This document shows positions 50,414 to 59,900 of a stretch of 64,000 nt of DNA, piece after piece (position 1 is the first letter of the stretch; every line of letters begins with the position of its first letter). Under the pieces are notes generated by a model. It had not been told where the DNA came from. It made no database searches and saw nothing but the letters and a program-made list of their open reading frames with translations. A program made the translations under genes and the position numbers. The DNA comes from Lophium mytilinum (taxonomy: Eukaryota): NCBI GenBank assembly GCA_010093605.1, contig MU004190.1, positions 1,178,001-1,242,000 of the forward strand. The letters run 5' to 3'.

Positions 50414-52339
50414 ATGCCTTTTACACGCTCCGCCATCCCAACCCTATCGAAGGCCCTGCCCTCGATGGGTGCAAAGCCCATGGCTAGACCTGCTCGGCAG
50501 GCTCCCCTTCGACAAGAGACCAGAGAGCGTCTCATGGAACGAGCCGCCGCGCGAAACTCTCGAGCTCGTCCATGGGCGCAACGCCCGGTCAACACCTGCC
50601 CTCCCCCTCCGCCTAGCCGAATTATTCCCGCCGTCAAGACCCTTCTTGCTGAGAAGCAAGCCCAGGCTGGTAATCGAGCTAAGTTCCTCCCCCCTCGTGC
50701 CCCCAAGACTGTTGAGCAGGTACCTTTGACGGTGAAGACAGTAGCTGTGAGGCCACCTCGCGCGATCATGCGAACCACTCAGGTTTCGACAACCCCCAAT
50801 CGTGCGCCGGCCCCAGCGAGTCCCATCGTCACATTATGTAAGTAACCTTCTCACGTTCTCCATCCGTGCTATAAATCGAAACATCTCCATCACAAAGCTG
50901 CGGGGGCTCATGACCCATTGAGCCTCCCCTGGTTTCAGACCAGAATTCCCACTCCAACGTCTTATCCATGACCCCGCAGTTCAATACACCCCCATCACAA
51001 GTCTGAACGGGTTGATAAACTTTTGAACCCCCCTGACCGCTTGAAAATCCTCCGATCTCAATGTCACATTCACTAGCCCCCAAACTAGAGTCATGCATCA
51101 AGAACACAGATTGCTAACTCTTCTGTCGCAGCACCACGCTACTCCCTCGGTGCTTACTGCGCAGCACTACAGCGAGAACGCGACTCTCGGCCCATTTTCT
51201 CAGGACCGGAGTGGGACAATATCGGGCGACGGAGTATCGGGCGAGGGCCTTCATCCTTCTCTGAGTTTAGCGATGCCCTCAGGAGACTGGGAGCCGACTT
51301 GGAGAGACTGGAGAGACGGGAGGAACCCGAGATCGTTGAAGAAAGCACCTTCGTGTGCGTAGGAGATGCGCCGGCCGATAGCCGAGAGTTGTCTTCACGC
51401 GGTTCAATAGCCCAAGAGCAGGAGCAGGAGGCCGACTCTGTCAGCGAATCGACTTCACCATACCATCGACGAGATTCGTCTCCGTTTGTGGTAGATGTGG
51501 AAGAACAGAGTCGCCGAGAGTCCTCTCCGTTCATTGTGGCGGTCGAAGAGGAGCACGACGCGGAAACGGAGGATAGTGTATGGGAGGATGATCCCCTCTG
51601 CGATTGCAGCCTCATCTCCTACAGCAAGCACGTTGTCGATATCCCTGAGGACAGTGTCTGGGAGGATGATTCCCTCTGCGATGGCAGCATCATCTCCTAC
51701 AGCATTCGTGTTGTCGAGATCCCTGAGGATACCGTTACCAAGTTCACCGTTCCCACGCGCCCGGTCAATCCAGCGAAACCTTGCCCTCGGAATTTGGCAA
51801 TGTCTCGTAGCCTTGAGTGGCGAAAAGGCATACTGAAGGCAGCTGTAACAAGCTCCGCCAACAGTCTCCCGCAGGGGAGGGTCAGATGGGCCGACGAGGT
51901 CTCGCAACCGCTTTGCCAAGTTCGGGAGTTCGACTTTACAGAAGACGACCGGCAGCAGCGCATGGTCCGGATGGAGCACCTATACGGCACTCTCGTATCA
52001 TGGCGCCGCATTGACAACGATGACTTTGAACGCCGCCTGTTCAGTTGCCCGGAGACAGCCGGCTTTGTCACCTGCGGTAGATTCGACGACGACGACGTGC
52101 TCAGAGTGGAGTACTACCCAAGCCGAGGTTTTCTTCACCGCTATGCGCAAGTCCAGCTCTATTACCGGAACAATCGCCTGGCCTACGGCGATTGGCAAGA
52201 GTATTACGGTAACAAGAGCCGAACGACTACGTTGTTTGGAGTGGGCAGATCTCCCGATGAGATGTTCACGCACAACATCGGAAAGTCCGGCAAGAGACAG
52301 ATCACGCACAAGCAAAAACAGTACTACGCTGCGAGCTAG
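50414..52339 (+). CDS. Hypothetical, largely disordered protein with PP1-docking-like motifs
   Basis: Exon 50414-50837, intron 50838-51131 (GTAAGT...CTAAC...CAG), in frame with ORF 51299-52339. Internal duplications (EDSVWEDD x2, RRxSSPF x2). Confidence 0.65.
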
Positions 52340-52384
52340 GAGGCACTGAGCGATGGGTTTTCTGGAGACCGACGATTGGAGAAT

Positions 52385-52690
52385 GAGCCTGACGGGGATG
52401 CCGAATGATTCCCCCACCGCGCGCTCACGACCGAACGACGACACGACTGGGACTGCTGACGACTGTTACGACGACGGAGCCTGACGGGGATGCCGACCGA
52501 TTCCCCCACCGCGCGCTCGCGACCGAACGAGGAGACGACGGATTGACGACGGAGCCTGACGGGGATGCCTATGGATTCCCCCACCGCGTGCTTATGACCG
52601 AACGAGGAGACGATCGACTCGACGACCGAGCCTGACTAGGATGCCGACTGATTCCTACACCGCGCGCTCGCGACCGAACCGACGACGAGA
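52385..52690. repeat. Minisatellite, four diverged units of about 75-92 bp
   Basis: Core gagcctgacggggatgcc...attcccccaccgcgcgctc.cgaccgaacga repeated four times. Confidence 0.9.
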
Positions 52691-52919
52691 GGATATGAGA
52701 GGAGATGGAGTGGACATATGGATAAGGATATGGACACCGGAGACCTGGATGGTGATGAGGCCAGGCTCTTTCGACAAGGATCAGCAAGAAAGAGCGCCTG
52801 TGGATTGTGATGATGCCACGACTCTACCGCGATCTCAGAAAACCAAAAACCAAAAAAAACGTAAAAACAAAAAAGATCTGATGAAAGGGCAGACGGCCTG
52901 GGTGGATTTCCTTTGTTAG

Positions 52920-53047
52920 TTTTGCTTTTGGATGATGGAACCTCCGAGCCGTGAGGAGAGTGGACCCAGGTGATTCCCAGCGTTGCTTTTTTTGCTTTTG
53001 GATGATGGAACCTCCGAGCCGTGAGGAGAGTTGACCCAGGCGATTCC
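52920..53047. repeat. Direct duplication, 70-bp period
   Basis: ttttgcttttggatgatggaacctccgagccgtgaggagagt(g/t)gacccagg present twice. Confidence 0.9.
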
Positions 53048-53884
53048 TTGTACCTTGCGCTGCTTTTACTTACCCTAATTTGTAATTTTTAATTCTTAAT
53101 TGGAGGGCTGGGGGGAGAGTCCACTGGGACGGATGGGCCGGGAGATACCTTATTGGGGACTCTCCTAGGTCACAAGAGGTGGCATTTGCAATACTAGCCT
53201 TGAGCTGGATGCAGAAGTCGCCTGATGGAGTAGATAGATAAGTGTAGCATTGGGTTTTAGCGCAGCCGTAAGTCTTCAAGTAGTCGATTTCACGGTTTAG
53301 CTGTAGCTTCAAATCCCTGCCTTGATTCAAGCGACTTGCACTTCTGGTGGATGGCAGCTGTCGATGCAGCGGCATTGGGCTGCATTGCTCGAAGACTTTT
53401 TCTTGGAGGAGGCGGTGAGAAAATAAGCCAAAAGGTAAGTTGAGGGAACATAGTCTGCAAAGAAACTGCGTGGCTCGGGGTAATCTTAAGGTCTTAAGGT
53501 CTCGCTTTCTTTAGGCATCGTCAATTTCAATCAATATCTACTCTTTACACTCGACTCATGTATCGCCCCTCACTGCCGAACGATGACTTGACCATCTCTC
53601 AACTGGGAAGTGCCTGCTAGTTGCCCGATCTATCATGAGCAGGACCTCCGGATATGGCGAGCACGACTACATAACCCACATCTCAGCAATTACCTCCTCA
53701 CAAGTCACACGCGGTTCATTCTTCCCAAAGCTTTCTCATTATTTCTCCATCGCTTGGTTAGCTCAAAATATCTTCGTCGACCCGTTCATCAGAGTCATTG
53801 AGCTAGGAGGGTAGCTACAGAACCAACTATAAGACGTCGGCATCTCTACTCTCTCCCTATAGAGCATTCTAACACTTCTTCCAG

Positions 53885-54667
53885 ATGGCTTCGTCCCCGA
53901 GCAGCCGCACCCAGTCAACCTGGCTCACCAAAGCCAAAGCTTTCGAGGCTCCTTCTTCGGACGATTTCCCCGAGGATCTCTTCCTTCACGACAAAAACGA
54001 TATAGAACTCGAGCACTCCACGGAGAGATTCATACGATTTTCCGACGACGACGAGTACGACGGCCAGTCCGGCCGTGAGTATCACAGCCAGATACTCATC
54101 TACGCCGAGGGTGCTCTCTCGCATAAAACTGAAACCTCCACGGGCGGTTGCGCATTTGTATTCGTACCTTCTCCCTGGGGCAGAAGCATAACAGACAGAA
54201 GCCGCAGCTTCCGCCTGGAGCAGCATGGCCCCGATGGCCGCCCATACGCACAGACGAACTACCGCGCTGAGATTAGAGCTGCCCTCGGAGCTTTGGAATT
54301 CCGCGACTGGTGGACAGAGCCTTGGAAGAGTATCGTCATTGCCACCCACTCCCAACAACTCGTCCAAGGCATCACTGTCCACGTCGAGCGGTCGGCTCGG
54401 CAAAATTGGGTCACAGATGAGGACGTTCCGATCGCGAACCGTGATCTTTGGATTGCTCTTCTCGCCCGAATCAACGAACTTGCGCAGCATGGCGTTGAGG
54501 TTTCTTTCTGGTGGATTGGGTGGGTTCTCGACCGCGAGGCCAACCAGCTGGCTAAAGATGTGGCTGAGCACGGCGATGATGTCGAGCACTATGAGAAAGT
54601 CCCACGCCCCGGCAAAACAGGACAACCCAACGGTGTAATAAGAGTATACAACGGTATACCGTACTGA
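53885..54667 (+). CDS. RNase H1-like domain protein, probably catalytically inactive
   Basis: ILIYAEGA, SFRLE..GP.G, QTNYRAEIRA, VIATHS, NRDLW, ANQLAK follow the RNase HI motif order. Confidence 0.88.
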   Translation: MASSPSSRTQSTWLTKAKAFEAPSSDDFPEDLFLHDKNDIELEHSTERFIRFSDDDEYDGQSGREYHSQILIYAEGALSHKTETSTGGCAFVFVPSPWGRSITDRSRSFRLEQHGPDGRPYAQTNYRAEIRAALGALEFRDWWTEPWKSIVIATHSQQLVQGITVHVERSARQNWVTDEDVPIANRDLWIALLARINELAQHGVEVSFWWIGWVLDREANQLAKDVAEHGDDVEHYEKVPRPGKTGQPNGVIRVYNGIPY

Positions 54668-55274
54668 TGCAAGGAATTGAGGATGTACAACGTTTTCTCT
54701 TTCTCTTCATAGCATTACAGTAGCTTGCAGGCTTCACGTTCTTGACTTTCGTGTCGTCTCATTAGATCCTCCCTGAATTAACGCCTTGAAAAACCCACAG
54801 ATGCCCCCAGCACACCCAGACCCTACTTGCGGTTCCTCTTCTCCAGCTTCACGATAGCAACATTCCCGCGCGGAACATCCAGCCCACTTAGAACTCCTCC
54901 GCCGCCGCGACGCCGCCCTCCCCCGCCCCGGCCGCCCTTCTTCTTGTCCTTCTGCGGGCAGTTCTGGCGTTTATGGCGCTTTTTCTTGCAAGTGAAGCCT
55001 AGTTAATCTTGTCAGCAAATTCAGGGATCAAGGACATTATACTAGGGATGCTCGACAGAAGGCATACGAAGAATAGTAAATAAAAATACATAGATTTACT
55101 ATCAGACAACTCCAATAAAGCAACACGCACATGCTAGACAGGAAAAAGGTGCCATACCTAGCTAACAGTCAGGCCTTTATACACCTGTCTGCCGCTGTTT
55201 GTAGTGCTTCAATATTTCTTTAGACCTAGAAACAAGGTAGAACCGCTTAGCTTTGGGCTACGTGGATGCCTGTT

Positions 55275-55320
55275 GAGGCACTCCAAGCAGTGGCAGACAA
55301 GTGCACCTACTTAAGTACTT
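55275..55320 (-). mobile_element. Short MITE fragment
   Basis: Minus strand aagtaggtgcacttgtctgccactgcttggagtgcc resembles the TIR end plus core start. Confidence 0.45.
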
Positions 55321-55449
55321 GATGAGACAGCGTGTGACTGGGAACTAACTTTACATACCGGGTTAAAGATCAAAAGCCTTAGAAAGGAGGTGCCCACAAA
55401 CCCTATAATTGTAAGGTGCTGAGGAATCGGCAGACCTCGGGCTGGTTGT

Positions 55450-56130
55450 TCATTCCTGGACTGTGTCCACTTTACCAGCCTCCCTCCAGTTATGAAGGTT
55501 GATGAAGGCGTCCACCTGACACTCTTCCACGTTTGCGACAGCTTTACCCTCAAAACTCTCCATGAGAACAATCGCTTTTTCGTTCATGTCCCTACACAGC
55601 CGCAGTCTGTTCTCATCGTCTGGGACGAAATTATCACTATGCGGGTCGTAGCCGTAAAGGGTCGTATCGAAAACCGACACCACAAGTCCACCGTTGCTCG
55701 GCCAAGCCACTCTCAACCACAATCTCTCTTTAGGCTCCGGTTCCGGCTCCCCACCTTCTTCAAGGGGCGTATCAAGCCTGAGGATGCAGTCCTCATCGTC
55801 CAGCTCGGCGCCTTTCAGCAGCGAGAATCGCGCGCTCGAGCTCCACCACTTCGCGCCAAGGAGAAGCATCTTTTCACAGAAAGCGTCTTCGTCGTCTGGG
55901 TCTTGATGGCGTTCTATGATGGGATGCAGGCGATCGAGACCGAGATAGTCAAAGTCTGGTGTAGTGGCGTTGTCGATGATTATCACGCCACCTTTGGATG
56001 GCCAGCCGCAGATGGTGATGTCTTGAGTGCTGAAACAGACTCGCTCGGTAAAGTCGCGGTCGGAATTATAGGATAGGCCGAGTCCCTGACGGGGACCGTC
56101 TGAAGCTCCGCTTTGAGCTAATGGCGTCAT
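55450..56130 (-). CDS. Hypothetical protein (226 aa)
   Basis: Intronless ORF with globular composition (GWPSKGG, DEDAFCEKMLLLGAKWW, VAWPSNGG). Confidence 0.75.
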   Translation of the reverse strand: MTPLAQSGASDGPRQGLGLSYNSDRDFTERVCFSTQDITICGWPSKGGVIIIDNATTPDFDYLGLDRLHPIIERHQDPDDEDAFCEKMLLLGAKWWSSSARFSLLKGAELDDEDCILRLDTPLEEGGEPEPEPKERLWLRVAWPSNGGLVVSVFDTTLYGYDPHSDNFVPDDENRLRLCRDMNEKAIVLMESFEGKAVANVEECQVDAFINLHNWREAGKVDTVQE

Positions 56131-56910
56131 GGTTATGGCGGTAAGTTTGCCGAAGGCTTTTTCAATCGGGTCAACAGGTTATTTAGAGTAGTGTCGTATT
56201 TCGAATCGGCGGTCGAGATAGATGCCGCATGAGACTCTAAAGGGTTCAGTGAGCTTTAACAGGCAGGAAAACAGTTTCTCTAATGGACAACACTGACATA
56301 AGACGTGCGAGAACGATGGTGGTGCTGATATGTCGTGCTTCACTAACCTAGTCTACCTGCGGCGGATTGTCGGTGGCGAGAATGGGGTAATGGTGTAGGC
56401 TAGGTGATTGTCAGAACTGACAGGTTGACAAGCAGGAATGAATCTGCTTCGCCATATTATTCTGAGGCGCAGCGACCATTTAAGGAACAGCGTGTTATCT
56501 GACTAGATCCTGAGCGAGAATCGCAATACAGCGAAACCCATCCTACCTTCTATGATCACTAACAAAGCCTAATAAATGAGAATCCATCCCATACTGTATG
56601 AATCGAGGTATACAGGTTTTTTAGAATGTAGAGTATTCAGCCTCATGTTATGTTTACCACTCTACTACACACCGTAATAATACATCGTCCTCCACTATCG
56701 TGGCATGAGATTCGCTACGCCGTTACCGTTTGCCCGGTAACCCTACGGACCGCTAAAATAGAGGAATAACGCAATTGAGCTAAGGCTCATACCACCTGCC
56801 ACCATCCCTCCCACGCCCCAACTCCGAAATCCATATAATTACAGCCATGCCCCACCCTTTTCTTATCCCTCTATCCCCCATCCCATCTTCCAATAACTCC
56901 ATTTTCGAAA

Positions 56911-59900
56911 TCACTTTCCCCCCGTATTCGCCGCAAGCATCCGCTTATTCCGCTTCACCAGCGCATTCAGCTTCTTCTCCAACTGCTCCGCCTCCTTCCG
57001 ACTCTGCAACATCGCCTGCTCCGCCTCCTCAACACTCAACACCGCTCCCGAACTCACTCCCGCTCCACCAACATGCCCCGCCGAGCCCACCTTCCCATAC
57101 GCACTCGCGCCATAACTCGGCACGCCCATCAAGCCCGCACCAACCAGCGACTCAAGCCCTTGCACAACATACCCGCCCAGGACTTCAGCAGCGAAGACGC
57201 CCAAGTTCTCCAGATCCGGGATCGGAATCGTATTAACATCGCCGCCGCCCGCCGCCACGATCTTCGCGGCTGCAGCTAGACTCGGTGGGATAGGGGCCGG
57301 CCCACCGACAGAAGCCTGCTCACTACGAGGTTGGTTAGTCGGACTATCATTTGGCAAAACCCATTGGTTCAGATACCCCAACGCCTCGTCGAACGACATG
57401 GCCGGCTTTGGAGGCAATTTCGTGTTAGAAGTGGGCGACGCCGCAGTCTGTGACTGCTTGCCCAGCTTCGCGCCCGCTTCTTTGAGCGCGGTAGCGATGG
57501 CTGGGAGGACGCCGTTGTGGATGTCGCTATACGCGTTGCGCTCGGGCCCGTCGCCGTTCTGGCGTCTGGAGGTTTTCCTAGTGTCGTGCCAGCGGGCGAT
57601 GCCTTTGACTTCCTCGACGCGCTGTTCGAGCTCCAGGACGCGCTCTTCTAGTTCTTTGCTCAGGCCCCAGAGGAATTTGCCCTGTGGGGTGATGAGAGTG
57701 CGAGAGTTGGGTTTTCCGTCTTCGCCGCCGAGGTGCACGGGCAATTTCTTAGCGAGCGCATCCAGGTCAGCTTCGGAGAAGTGGATTTTGAGGTCTGGCG
57801 GCGATGGATGAGCGCTGGGGTTGATAGGCGAGGTCAAAGGAGAGGCGTTACGGGTGTGTGCAAGTGAAGCCGAGAGTGGCTTGAAGAACTCCAAGGTAGA
57901 AGCGAGGAGATCGCCGGTACGTTGAAGGTCGGTGAGAATAGAGGCGGCAGTTGGCTCCCCTCGACCTTTCGCGGAGTGGGGTGCTTCTTCAACTGGGCTC
58001 TGAATGTCGACGGGGTTCGTCGTGGGAGACCTTCTCGCTTCTGCTGAAGAAACCGCCCCGGAGCTTGAAGCTTCTGCGAGATCATGACTATCCTCCGCCT
58101 TCGTGTGCTTCGTCGGCTTGGGAGAAGCTGGTTGACTCATGGCTGGAGCAGCAGAAGTAGTATTGCTACTAGTGACTGGCTTCTTCGCCTTCTTCTTCCG
58201 TCCAATGATGGGAGCTTGTACGGGTTCCGGATCAGAAGACTTCACCGACTCTTCCATAGCAGTAAATCGTTCCTCGGCAATCTGCTTCGCACGCTCTTGT
58301 CTGTCCTTCTTCGCCTGAGCTTTAGACTTCTTCCTTATTGGTGCCGTGCCGACTTTGCTTCCAGGAGGGGGTGAGTTGGCTCGTGAAAGTGAGGCGGAGG
58401 TGATGGAGGCGTTATCTGAGATCAGATCGCTGGCCGGGGTTCCAGGCTGATTAAGCGAAGCCACGCTGGCCTGCCTGGAGCGAAGCTTGCCGACTGTGGG
58501 CAGTTGTGGTATCGTCGATGCTGCCGACGAGGCTGATAGCGGCGGTGCATTCTCCGACTTCGGCGTGGGCACAACGCGAAGAGTTCTCGGGCCTGATCGC
58601 TTTACTGGCGACCCAACCGACTGTACTGCTGGACTTGCCGGATGTGAGCCTGTCGATGCAAGGGAGACTGCACGAGGGTTTCTAGCCTGCGTGTCGGGCT
58701 TGCTAGCAGCAGATGTAGTTGCAGAGTCGGCCAAATCGCTTTCAGATAGCTTCGTAGCTGCAGAGATGTCAAGCTTTCCAGGAGGCTGGCGCTTCGACGG
58801 AGTTGATACTACTCGGGTATTGCTCTTGGATTCCTTCTGAGGGCTCACATTGGCTTGGCGAGCTGGCGAGGGAGCAATAGATGAAGAAGCATCGGAAATC
58901 GCTCTCTTCCCCTTTCCGACCTTTTTCGAGGGCGACTCGGAAACTGTGTTTTCTTTCGTAGTGAAGCTGTCACCTATCGATTTGATATTCTTGCGGCTAT
59001 CGGGCGTCTTCTCTAGTACCTTTGACGTAGCAGACGCTGCTTCCTTGGCTCTGACTGGAGTGACTTGCGAATGCGCGTTCGCGCGGGGTACCTCTGGGGT
59101 GCCTACTGGATTTCGGCCAGCAGACTTCTCCTGTCTCACGCTCAAGATCACTGGAGTTACAGCTCTCAAGGGTGTTGCAGGTCGTACGGGCGTCGCTGGT
59201 ATGACTGGGACAGCTGGGGTTATTGCGGCAACGCCAGCTCTGGAATGCGGACGAAGCGGGACGTCGGATGGGAACTTCGGCGTACTTGGAGCAGAGAAGC
59301 CAGGCGGAATCGTAGGGGTAGCACGACGGGGTTGTTCGAGGACATGACTACCGACTACGGGATGGCTCTTACTGCTGTCTTCAAAGTCGACACCAGCGTC
59401 GGCATATGAGTCAGCATCGTTTACTAGGGCATCTACACTCAGCGACGCCTGCTCGGATGGTGCGAATTCTGGTTCATCTAAGTGAGGTGTCAGCCGCCGT
59501 GAGAACAAGAGACAATTTTCCAAAGTGTAGTGTAAGTGTGGGGAGTGATTGGGAGACCGCTGTGCAACGGGCAGCTCCGCGTACAAGATCGTTCAAGGGC
59601 AGCTGACAGTATCACCACAACCTCTCTCGGTCGTCTTCGTCACATGAATAGATAGAGCAGAAAAAAATGAATGAAGAAGCCATCTTTTCTAATTAAATCG
59701 TGAGCCTTTGCCGTCTCTGCGAGATCGGCCGGAAGGGATTTTACGTACAAGTGATGGCCATGACGAAGACGACGAGAGAGGGTGGCGTACGGACCTCGCA
59801 GAGGCAGCAAAGCTTGAGGCCCGTAAGTTGAACAAAAAAAACAGGAGAAGGTATGTAAGACCCGCAATTACCCATGCCCAGCCTTATAAGCCAGAAATCC

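Noticed and set aside
52385..52690. Hammerhead ribozyme in the minisatellite (CTGAC followed by a stem)
   Set aside because: Lacks the CUGANGA and GAAA core.
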